Shown one piece after another: positions 37,968-49,753 of a DNA stretch of 64,000 bases. Made by a program: the position numbers and the translations under genes. This stretch comes from Patellaria atrata CBS 101060 (taxonomy: Eukaryota), in contig MU006094.1 in the NCBI GenBank assembly GCA_010093705.1, positions 1,277,550 to 1,341,549 on the forward strand, written 5' to 3'. The number at the start of each line of letters is the position of its first letter. The stretch's first letter is position 1. Under the pieces are notes generated by a model, which was given only the letters and a program-made list of their open reading frames with translations, had not been told where the DNA came from and ran no database searches.

Positions 37968-40900
37968 CTACACATCCTCACTGGCGTTCAACTTCACCAA
38001 CGCACTCCTCGTCGCAATCTTAGCAGCTAACTCCGCCATTGGAGTTGCGCTCAAAAGCTCAAAGACGGAAACATCACTCTGCATCTCCTTCAATACGCGG
38101 TTTCGAATCTCGACAGCCTTGAGTGAGTCCACTGTAGAAAATATATTTAGCATATTATCGTAAGCAGCTCATAGCGGGAAAAGAAACTTACCTCCAAAAT
38201 CAAACAATGGCTTCTGTCCGTCCACTTCCTCGACCTCAACACCAATGGCAAGCGCAATCTGCGCCTTCATATTATCTTCTACCGCAGCTGAGGCCTCAGC
38301 AACTGTCGTCGCCTTGCTCAACATTTCTCCTACGCTAACTCCCTTCCCGCAGCCTTCGCTAGCGCCAGCGTCGGCGGTTGTAACTCTGAGCTCGAATTTT
38401 CTGTCTTTCTGGAAACCGGTTGAACCTTCTTCCCTGACCAAGTTGTCTCCGAGACCCAGCACAAGCTGTGCGGGAACCTCTTGTCCATTCGACGTCGAAC
38501 CCCTCATCACGGCCTCCAGCACCACTCGGAGCTCATCGAGACTGGTCTGTAAACCCTTCCAACCATGCTGATAACGGTGGAGATAGTTATCGAGGTCGCC
38601 AAACTCACCGGCGGAGGTGAAGTGGGACGAGTCGGAGACAAGACCAACGTCGATACTAGTGGCCGGGATAGAAAGATGGGCACGAGCGTAGTGAGCCAGA
38701 GCGTCTTCAAAAGTATTACCTGAGGCATAATTGGCTTGCGCGGTGTTACCGATAATGCCGGTGATGGAAGATAGGAGAATGAAGAAGGGGGAGTCGGGAG
38801 GCGAGAGATGTGCTAGAAGGTTTCGTGAACCATGTGTCTTAGGAAGGATGGCACGAGACCACTTTGCGTGTGTCATGTTGTCGAAGATAGTATCCTATTA
38901 TCGTTAGTATACTGATGGTTTCAAACATGCATCGTATACGGACCTCTAGAACCATAGCACATTGTACGAGACCCTTTACTACACAACCTTCAGACCTGAG
39001 CTGTTCGAAAACATTAGCCACGCTCTGAGAGTCGTTGACGTCGCATTTGAAGGCATCAGCCTTGACTCCTCTGCTGCGGAAGTCCGTCAATTCTTTTTCG
39101 TTCTTGCTACCACCCGAACGTGACAGAAATACTAGATGGCCAGCACCATTATCTATCATCATATTGGCGATGTCCAGACCTAGCGCTCCAAGACCACCGG
39201 CGAGTACATAGGTCGCCTCCTTCTCTAATGCTAACTTTGGCGCGGGCAGCGCAGGCATCAGTACTAAGGAGTTCTTGTCAAGCGACAGGACGATCTTGCC
39301 AAAGTCTTGCGCCCTCAGAATATCAAGTGCTTGCATCGTGTTGCTGACTGATATGACATTTGTAGGAGCAATAGGTCCAATAGTACCGGTACGAAGGAAG
39401 ACACTAAAAGTCCTCTGGAACAACTCATTGATGACATCAGGCTTTGCTTTGGAGACGCGATCCATGTCAATGCGGACAAGTGAGGCGTTCCGCTTGGAAG
39501 ATGGTAAATTGAGTTGTGGCGCGTTGGAGCTGTCGCTACTAAGGTCGAGGAAGTAGCCAAATTCTCCAAGTACTCGTAGAGATGGAACGACCGCTGGACT
39601 GGATTTCTGGCAAAGTATTGCATCTACCCCACGGCCATTCGTGGCTAAGGAAATTGCTGTTACGAAGTTACGAAGAGCAGGGTCAAAAATGTGACCTGGA
39701 GACATTCCATAGCGTTCGACCAGAATGTCTTTCTCCTCTTTGGTACTTGCTAAAGCAAAGATGTCGGCTCCTACAAATTGGGCAACTTGGAGAGCAGCTT
39801 GCCCTAATCCGCTAGCGGCAGAGTGTAGGAGAACGGTTTGACCTCTGCTAAGCCTGGCAACTTCAAGGAGAGCATATTGCGCCGCGATAAAGGTGCAAGA
39901 TAACCCAGCTGCTTCCGATGGTAAGACTGTAGCTGGTAAAGCTGCAACAAGAGCCTCGTTCTGGCGAATATGGGTTTTCAGAGCGTTGCCTTGGTAGACA
40001 GCTACACGCTGACCGACAGACACAGATTTAACCTGTTCGCCACATCTGGTGACGATGCCAACAGCTTCATGCCCTAATTGTGGAGACTCAGATGTATTGT
40101 CATCGGCATTGACCACATCACTGGCGTTCAAACCTACAAATTCGACCTGAACTTCTACGTCCTTAGAATCCAGGGGAGATGTTGAACCCTCGTCGGTGAC
40201 CCAGAGGAAATCTCCTCCGCAAGTGGAAGATGCTATCTTCAGCGCAACCTCGCTTCCTTGGATCGACCTATATACGGGTTTAGCGCTGCCGTCTGCAAGT
40301 TGTAGCTCTCCATCGAATCCAGAATCTTCAACGGCACGGGGAACGAATACAGCCCCATGAAGCTCAGCATATTCCATCTCGGCTCCTTCGACAAGGGAAG
40401 CTTGCCATATATCAAGGACCAGTTTTCCATTCTCGGTATTGTTCAAGTCAAATCCGGCAGAAAGATCTAGATGCGGTAGGGTGATTAGGGGGTACTCGTT
40501 GCGAAGAACGCGAAGTAGACCTTGGGCAGGTGCAAACTCAACACCATTGCTCCATGATTGTAGAAGTCCACCGTGAGTAACCCAGAAAAGATGTTTTGCT
40601 GAAGACACGAGGGACTTGAACAAAGTGAATTGTGACTCATCCCAAGAGTAGATGAGAGGGGATTCGACTTCCAAAAGGGAAACAACGTACTTCCCGGAAA
40701 GATCGGGCGTACTGGTTGCCGAGAAACTGATCGGACGGACGGTAACATTAGAATCAGAGAGTAGAGAGATGAGAGTGTTTAATAGAGTTGAAATGGCGGA
40801 AGAGATGGAGGAAGGAAGGAGCACGTAGATCTCGGACGGAGGTTTAACGCTCACAGCAGAGTTGTTTGACGCGATTAAAAAGTTTGAAGAGCTGTTGGCG

Positions 40901-43900
40901 CTGAAGGTTGTCGTATTCGCAAAGCCTGCACTCTGTAGAGTTGACTTGACGTCGCCTATCTCCTCTTCCGACTGAAGAATAACAAGGTGGCCCGAAGAGG
41001 ATAGAGCCTTTTGTAGCTTGACGAGAGTATCATTGTTGCTCTCTTGAGTACGGGAGCCAACGGATATAATGACATCGTACGAGTTATCTGTAACCGCTGG
41101 GGTTTCTTCCTGTGTGGTATTCCAGATATCAAGAAGACACGTGGGGTGTAAGATCGAACGTATGATCTCACGAGCAGCCGGACTCTGGGAGTCATTGTCA
41201 ATGACTAGGAGAGCTTTCCTCACAGCTTTCTTGTGAGCCAATCTATCCAACCAAAGGGAAAGCTGTCCCAATATATGAGGTGTTTCGGATCCGTTTGCTT
41301 CTCGAAGACGGGCAACATCATCTCCAGTTTTGATGAAATCCACGTCCTCTTTCCATTCTACGCGGACGCATTTCTTGATAGCTTCAAATCCTTCAGTGGC
41401 AATAGAATCAGCGTTTTCGGCTGATGTAACCTGGCGAAGCGCAAAACCTTTGATTGTAAGCTTAGGACTAGACCAAGCATTATCCGACACGACTAGATCT
41501 CCCACAATCTCGCGACCGCCTCCCCTTTTTGCTGCTTGCTGCCCGTAAGCAAGGAAGTGCTCGCCAGCACCATGTGGCTGGTCAGCCGCAACATACATGT
41601 CCTCAATGCTGAACGGAACGGCTGCCTCTTCTATAGGTTTGCCGTCATTGAAGGCCGCAAGAAGAGGGTGAAATATGGCGTCCATAGTAGCGGGGTGCAT
41701 GATATGAGGGTATTCATAGTTCTCTGGCATAACTGACTTAGTGTCAGGGATAATGATAGTAGCGTGAGCAGCATGCATCGAGGGGATGGCAGTTAGGGAG
41801 ACGACATTTCGGAAGAGAGGACCGTATTCCATGCCAATTGTCTCTAGGTGATCGTAAAATGTTTCGATATCGACGTCCTCAGCACTGCTATCGGCAGTAA
41901 TGCGCTTATATAGTTCCGACTGTTGTGCCCACTCCGCATCAATCATAGTGTCTTCGACCTCACTCACGCTTGTGGCAACGTACTCGAGCGCTATGTTGCC
42001 ATTGCAGTGCTTTGTCCACGATGTTCCCGTAGTAGTTGAATAGATAGTGAATTGGAACTGCCCAGGAATTGTTTTGTGGGGTTGCAAACTAAGACGAGTC
42101 TCAACGGCAGTCTCGTCCCCAGATGTCACTACTAAGCCGCGCATGAATGCGATATCACGGAACCGGAAGCCTTTTACTTGCTTCTCAGGGTCAGCTGTCT
42201 GTAGCGCACCTTCCAGCGCCATTACAAGCATTCCTGCACCAGGGTACAGAATCGTCCCGGTGATCTGATGATCCTCGATCCACGGGTTCTCCGAAATGCG
42301 TAAATGATTTCTCCATCTCGGTTCGGCGCTATTCTGAAGATCTTCAGCCACACCCAAAAGGTCCGTCCGTGATTTAGAGGGGAAGCGGTTTGAGCGGGTG
42401 ATATAGGCCTCATGCCAGAAACCCTTGGAGTGGTTCCAAGGATACGCAGGTAGATCTGCCAGAGCTTTTAAAGCTGCTCGTTCGCCGTCGCGCGAGTTCA
42501 CAGCAGAAAGATCGATGTCATATCCCAGAGCCCATAGTTGACCCGCTGCGGCCAGCGCAGTCTCGTTGGCATCTTTACCACGCATAATCATAGACGTATA
42601 TACAGCATCCTTAGCTGTTTTGTTGGTGCTAGCCGTGATGATTTGTTGAACAGGACCCTGAAGCGCGGCATGTGGGCCAAGTTCGACGATACCGCCCCAG
42701 CGAATAGGAGTTTTCTTCCTGCTGCTAGTAGACTGTGTTGTGTGCGCGACAAGTGCCGCTACAGCGGATGAGAACTCAACAGGAGCGCACATATTCGAGA
42801 CCCAATACTGCGCGCTGAGTTCTTCGGGCGAGACAATCTTTCCTGTAAGTGAAGAAAACATCACCGTCTTGTTACCTTCCCCGTCCGTGTCTGTGTCCGT
42901 TACCGGAGAGATTTGGCCCATACGCTCATAATAGCCATCGGCGACTGCACGCATGTGCGGAGAATGGTAGGCAGTTTTGACCTTTAGTTTGCGGGCAAAT
43001 TTACCGTCCCCGGAGATAAGTTTCTCCAGTGTATCTATTGCTTCAACATCACCGGACAGAGTTACACTGGAAGGACTGTTTACACAGGCAACAACTGCAG
43101 ATTCGTGAGGCACCCTCCCGAGATACTCAAGAGCTTGATTTTGGGACAGTCCTGCAGCAAGCATGGCCCCTTGACGGGTGACGGTGGCGGAACTCAGCCC
43201 ACGTACGTATGCAATTTTGATAGCGTCGGCATGTGTAATGTACGATGCTGCATATGCAGCGGCTACGGTAGCGTTAGGGCTTTTGTACTCAAGGACCTAA
43301 GAAGTTTGCAGAACTTACCGATTTCACCACTTGAATGTCCAACGGTTGCTCTTGGTGTCACCTTCCAGTGTCTCAAGAGATCAACTAGAGCAACTTGCAG
43401 CACTGTACATAATGTTTGACTGTACTCTGGTAAGCTGATGTTAGAATCATCTGTCTTCTTGAGCTCTTGAAATGCGTCCCATTTGCAACCTAGCTTCTCG
43501 AGATAGCGTTGTGAGGCATGTATGCTGGTTTCAAAAACTGGATTGTTGAGTAGTTGCCGTCCCATAGCGGGCCATTGAGCACCCTGACCGGTGAAAACGA
43601 AGAACAGATTGCTGTCCTGTCGCGAGGAACGCTTGATCTTGGGAAGCCCCTTCGAGAGAGTCATGGTAAGCTCCTCGGCAGTTGATGCAACCGAAAAGCT
43701 TCGGAAGTCAAAATGAGACCGTCTTGTCGAGAGTGTGTATGCAAGATTACTAAGATAACGGGGGTCCCCGTTATCCATACAAGACTTCGCGATAGAATCC
43801 GCATATGAAGCTGCCACCCGTTGAATACCAGCCTGATCTTTAGTACTGAAGACGAAGAGGCGCTTAGAGTTCTGGGTACATTCGGGCATCGGCGTTCCGG

Positions 43901-45526
43901 GCCCAACACTGACTCCAGAATCGGAACCGTCATCTTCATCCACAATGGTGTTGTGATTTCCTTCGAGGCTGCGTTCTGCCAGGTAGTGGTATGCGTCGTC
44001 CAGAATGGCGTGGGCATTTGCTCCGCCGAACCCGAAAGAGTTAATACTGACGCGGCGTTGACCTTTTGTTGGCCACTTCATTCTTGTCGGAGGCAGAGCA
44101 ATGTTCCACTCAGAGAGCTTCAGCTTAGGGTTGATTCTCTCGACACCATACGTAGGCACTAACATGCCTTTCTCCAGGCATACAAGGGCTTTGAAGACAC
44201 CTGCCAACCCAGAACAGCCCTCAGTATGCCCAACACTAGGTTTGATACTGCCAACATAGAGAGGGCCCATGCCGGCGGCTGAACGGCTAGCACCGAGGGT
44301 TGACGCTATCGCTGAAAGCTCAATAGGGTCCTAGGCAATCTTAGTAAATTCATTCAACAATAATATGTGGAAAAGCTTACGCCAACTGGAGTGCCAGTCC
44401 CATGGCTTTCAAAGTATTGCGTAGACGATTGAGAAAGTCCAGCCGCCTCATATGTGGTATTGATGAGCTCGGCTTGGGCGAGTGAGCTAGGCTGAGTGAT
44501 ACTGGGGGTTTTACCATCCGCATTTGCCCCAGTACCACGAATAACAGCGCGAATTGTGTCTCCGTCTCGAAGCGCATCAGACAGACGTTTGACAACAAGG
44601 CAACCAATGCCCTCCCCACGCCCATACCCATTAGCCCGGTCATCGAAAGTGTGTGAAATACCTTCAGGACTTAGCATATGCATAGCTGAGAGTTGATGCA
44701 TTGTATTCGGGTTGATAATAAGATTTACACCAGCTACAAGTGCCTATTATTGACGGTTCTAATTAGCACTATCAATCACAAGAAGTTTAATACGCCAATA
44801 CTTACCATTTCAGATTCCTTGAGCTTCAGTGACTGGCATGCAAGATGAAGCGCGTATAAACTAGACGAGCATGCCGTATCAAGCGTAAGACTCGGCCCTT
44901 TCATACCGAAAAACCATGAAACTCGGTTCGCTATCATAGCCTCACTCGTAGCTGATGCAGCAACATGGCCGACGTCGTATATATCATGTAACGACATCAT
45001 CTCGTAGTCGTTGGTCATGCAACCAACATAGCATCCAGTTTGAGAATTCATCAGACGTTCGACAGGAATGCCAGCTAAATTGTATCATTATCAGCAATTC
45101 AATTTATTCCAATATTAGGTGTGTTTAGAAACTCACCATTCTCGATACTTTCGTAACTAACCTCTAACAATAACCGCTTCATAGGGTCCATAGAAGCCGC
45201 TTCCTTTGCTGTTGTTGAGAAGAAAGGAGCATCAAATTGACTAATGTCTTGCTTTAGGAAGTAACCATGTTTCACGGCGATCTGGGATGTCGTATCAATA
45301 AAAAGTATATGGTTTTGAGGATGATACATACCGAACCCTTCCTATCCGCGTCTGGGTGATGCCAGACATCGGCATCCCATCGATCAGCAGGGACTTTGCA
45401 ATGGCCAGTTTTCTCGTGGCTGACCATATCCCACAGATTACCCAAGGAGGAAACCTCGCCTGGAAGTCGACATGCCGCTCCGATGATGGCGATGGGCTCT
45501 TGTTTATCGGTATTCGCCATAGCCAT
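37968..45526 (-). CDS. Highly reducing iterative type I polyketide synthase KS-AT-DH-(pseudo-MT)-ER-KR-ACP, ~2,400 aa, 8 exons
   Basis: [52 protein letters not shown]-like region [40 protein letters not shown]. Seven short introns near 45300, 45100, 44775, 44355, 43290, 38920 and 38160. Confidence 0.96.
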
Positions 45527-46310
45527 TGTGTATTCAAGTTCTAAAGCGCTAAATGAACGATAACAACAATGCTGTTTGGTTCCAAGTCGGTGTCGGTAAA
45601 AAGTGATTAAGAGCCTAAAGAGGGACGATCTCGTACAATATTATTCTACAGTTGAAAAGTCGACGAACCTTGGCCTCTGATTAAGGGGTTGATTCATGTT
45701 TAAAAGTCATGATAGAGACACATAGAGTAACATGACTCTAGGCTACATCAGGAATCCTTCGTCTTCACTCGACGGCATGTAACATCCATCCAGATGCGGA
45801 AGAATATCAGCGACACCGTTCTATGAAGCGGTACCACCGGTTTGGTCAACGTTGCGGCTGCTATGTCATCGTGAACATCAGTTAGTGCGCTCCAAACACG
45901 CAGTACGAAATAGGTAACTCCAAGCTCCTACAGATTTTCAGAGCCCACACTCTTGTTACACATCTCTAAATGTAAACGGCATTGGGGAAATCGGCCATCT
46001 AAGAATATAATTCAAACTTGATTAGGCAATCCGTTCTCTTGGGGCACAATTGCGTCAGCTTTTGTACCAAGTGGAGGTATCCGGTTAGTGAAGCCTAGGG
46101 ACGGGAATCGCCAAATCGGGCAAAATGCTTGGCATTGGAGCACGAATGAATGGTAACAATGAGGATAGCGCTCAGTGTACGGGATAAAAAAGAGGAAAGA
46201 TAATAATGGTAATTTTTATCCAATGGTCCATGGGTTGATACGTCTACATTGCAATAGAAACACATTCGGGAAAAATAATTGGAATTCCAAGCTATCGTTT
46301 CCATCTCGGG

Positions 46311-47244
46311 ATGAGGCTCCTTTGTTTACACGGTGTTGGTAGCTCGGCCAGAATCTGTGAGAGTCAATTTAGGCCTTTTCTTAAGGCTGTGGACCCGAGT
46401 TATGAGTTTATCTTTGTTGATGGACCTGTACTGTCTCGTAGGGGGCCAGGTAAAAGAAAAGACTTCCTTATCTCTCACCCGTACCAAAGAACATGTAACT
46501 GATAACCACGGCAACGTAGGGATAGGACCCCACCTGGAAGGACCGTTCTACTCGCACACTACGGGATACTCGCCTAAAGAGATGCAAGATGCTCAGGAGC
46601 ACCTCGACGCTACCATAGAAGAACTTGGCCCGTTCGATGGAGTACTTGGTTTCAGCCAGGGAGCTGCCCTCACAATTTCTTACATTTTTCAGCGCCAAGC
46701 TTGCGGCGAGGCGATTCCTTTCGATTTTGCTCTCTTCTTTTCATCGGTAATTCCGTGTTCAGCCGATGCCGGATACTGCGAGAAAATGATTCAACGTTTT
46801 TGCTCCCTAGGACACGATATTACGGAAATATCCTCCACAGGAGACCTTATGCTACACGAGAATGAACGCCTTTTCATCGATTTGGTGTCCCGGACTGTCG
46901 TCAAAGCGAGGAAGAATGACGCTTTATTACCTGAGTACGATATGAACATTTACACAGAAGGAGATGGGTCCGAAGCTCCTAGAGTGATGCATCCACAATT
47001 ACTGAAAGAAAGGATAACCATGCCGACAGTCCACGTAACAGGAAAGCGGGACTTTGACTTCATGCGAAGTATGTCAGATGCAGCGTATGGATTATGCGAT
47101 ATAAGACACACAAAGAAACTCGAACACAGCGGGAGTCATCATCCGCCACAGAAGACGGCTGAGGTCAACGCCGTTGTGAGAGCCATGGAATGGGCTATTA
47201 CCCAATCTCAAAGGGAATCTACAGGTGGAAGTCTGCGCTTGTGA
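46311..47244 (+). CDS. FSH1/LovG-type serine hydrolase (trans-acting polyketide release enzyme), 2 exons
   Basis: LLCLHGVG, nucleophile GFSQG, HVTGKRD and HSGSHHPP triad. Intron at 46450-46519. Divergent from the PKS across ~785 bp. Confidence 0.92.
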
Positions 47245-47624
47245 TAACGCAGTGATGGACAAGCAAAGTTGGAGATACGACTATGATTATTGGAAAAGGA
47301 AAAACTTTGATGACACGTTTTGTTACGACTATTTAATAGATGACAATTCATATTCTCGAGTATTTATGAGATGCGAACCTATTTGTGACTGAAGGACAAC
47401 CTGATTGAGATATGCATCGAAGCCAAAGCAACCTCAAACATAGAGAGATTGATATCCAGCGTAATAAATACAAACGGGGTGAAGTTTAAAACTGCGAAAC
47501 AGATTGGATGCTGATAATAATTCTGTAGTCATCATCAAATCCAAAAGACGAAGATTTTGTATAGAAGTACAAAGCACTTCTGGGCAGTCCTTGGCACTTG
47601 GTATCTTATACTCCCCCTTGTCCG

Positions 47625-48046
47625 TACAGTCCAAGGGGTCCCTTTTTTTCTCCCATCTCCATTTTTTCGATACTATCTTGTCGCCTTCATCGTCGCTGAT
47701 ATGGCTCCACGTATGAATAACCATCAGCATTTTATTCTCGAACTTTCTATCAATGCCGAATTGAGTGCTAAGCAGTGCGCTGAGGTAGCGGGGTGTACGA
47801 AACGGACAGTTTCGAAGGTGAAAAAGAAGCTTAAAACGACCGGACTATAAACAAAACCTATAATATGGCCGGCTAGGACTGATATTAGCGAATATCCTTA
47901 GTGAGCTACTTCATCATCTACAAGAGAACCCTCACCTTGGCCAAGACGGGATGTGTCGGTTTATATACGAGTCGTATGGCGTGACTGTTTCATAGCAACG
48001 TATCTCCGACTATCTTAAAGAGCTTGGCTGGTCTCGGAAGTTGTAA
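47625..48046 (+). mobile_element. Degenerate Tc1/mariner-IS630-like transposon remnant (DNA-binding part of the transposase)
   Basis: HTH MAPRM...LSAKQCAEVAGCTKRTVSKVKK, then LLHHLQENPHLGQDGMCRFIYESYGVTVS*QRISDYLKELGWSRK with stops and a frame change. TA|CAGT at 47625 resembles a Tc1 left end. No DDE domain seen. Confidence 0.7.
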
Positions 48047-49753
48047 GTGTCCAAATTGCTTTTTCGAGCGGTTTGTTGAGTATCAAAAACTAATATAATA
48101 CAACTGGTAGGCCCGTTGGATTGTATTTGAGAGGAGCCCGAAGCTCCGAGCCGAACATGAGGCCGAGGGTGGTTGAACATTGTCATATGCACTAGACCGA
48201 CGTGTATGGCGTAGTAGTTCTACCGACCACCCTCCCCTTTAGCCTGCTCGAAGGGTCATGTTAGGTAGCTCAAGCCCAGACATGAAAAGTTCGACCTTCA
48301 TAACGCCCAACATGCGACCACATGTGAAGACCTATTTGATCAGGCAGAAATCGAGCTGAAGACATTAAAGGAGGGAATGTTGTGACGCAGTCACGCAAGA
48401 TGGTATCTGCACCCCTGAAGCTCACGTACTTTTGCGGCAGCATCCCCCAGCTGATTTGATTCCCACAAGGCCGGATCCGAAGACAGGAACTGGGTATTCA
48501 GCCAAATGAAGATGGTACAATGAAAAACTCTGTACGTTGTAGACACGAGAGGGGAGGGTCAGATCAGCACAGTGAGGATGGGAAGTACTATGTCTCCAGG
48601 TCCAGGACAGCATGAAAAATAGGCGTACTACGAGTGAAACAATAGCGGGATAGCGTTCTCAGTATTGTAGGATGGCCGCGACCATGTCGCTCGAACTACT
48701 TTGTAGCCATTCTATTTACAATTCACCTTCCGCGCCTGCAATCCCCTACGAAATTCAGATAGTGACCCGACGAAGTCGAGTCCCCTTTTCGACCTCTATT
48801 CTACCCTACTAACAAATTCATCTTCCAAACTATCGCTCCAGCACTTATTCCACCTACTTAGGAGATGTTCCTAATAATGCAGTGCTCGACTCATGCATAC
48901 TGCGCAGTGAGATTATCACTGCCCAGGAATTTGTATGCCGATCAGGTTCGGATTATCCCCCTAATTTTCGTTGGAATACGCCGAAGAAGCCTCTCAGTGT
49001 ACGAGATCTAAAGCTCCTTAGCTCATAGGTCCCATCGGCCATAGGTCGAATGTAATAGAGAATTTATAGTACATACTACGCTCCGGGACGTGATGGTAAG
49101 AACTTAAATCTCCGTTCCGACACTGCCGGGGAGCCATTGTCTTTCAAGTCGATATCAGTTAGATATAACTTACATAAGATATTCAATTGTATATCATAAT
49201 TTACACTACATCAACAATGAGCTGGTGGCATTCTGGTTCGTGTTTACCATCACAATGTGCCGCTTGTATACTCCAGGTTGGAGCTTTAGAGGTAATATGG
49301 TCACCCCATTTCCCATCTAATTTTCAGAAGAGCATAGTCTTCATCTTTGAATTTTTGCAGAAGACGCAGTATATATGTTCACCATCTGGTGTGTTTACTA
49401 AAAGCAGAACCGAATGTACGTAACCGAATCGGTAAATAGTTTCAGCCTCAATCGCGGGACGTCCTTGACCGGAATCACGAGAACTGAAGGAATCCAATTT
49501 ACCTTCGAAACCTCAGCTACGTCGAATGGATACTTCGTTCAGATGGTAGTGAGCAATGTTTGAATAATCTGTGTACAGATTTTAATACCTACTGCTGACC
49601 GCGCTTCTACAGTCCAAGTGAGGTATGATGAAGAATTCTACCATTATGAAGGTTTCCATAGAACCAACTCTGACTCTATCAACCGAATAATGAAAAGACT
49701 CAGGACTAACTAACCTACATGCAGTTCCTCCTTAATCAACTTTTTACTTAGAT

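Noticed and set aside
48400..49750. Splice-signal-like sequences and short ORFs upstream of the HET gene
   Set aside because: They could not be assembled into a coherent gene or assigned to a family; possibly remnants.
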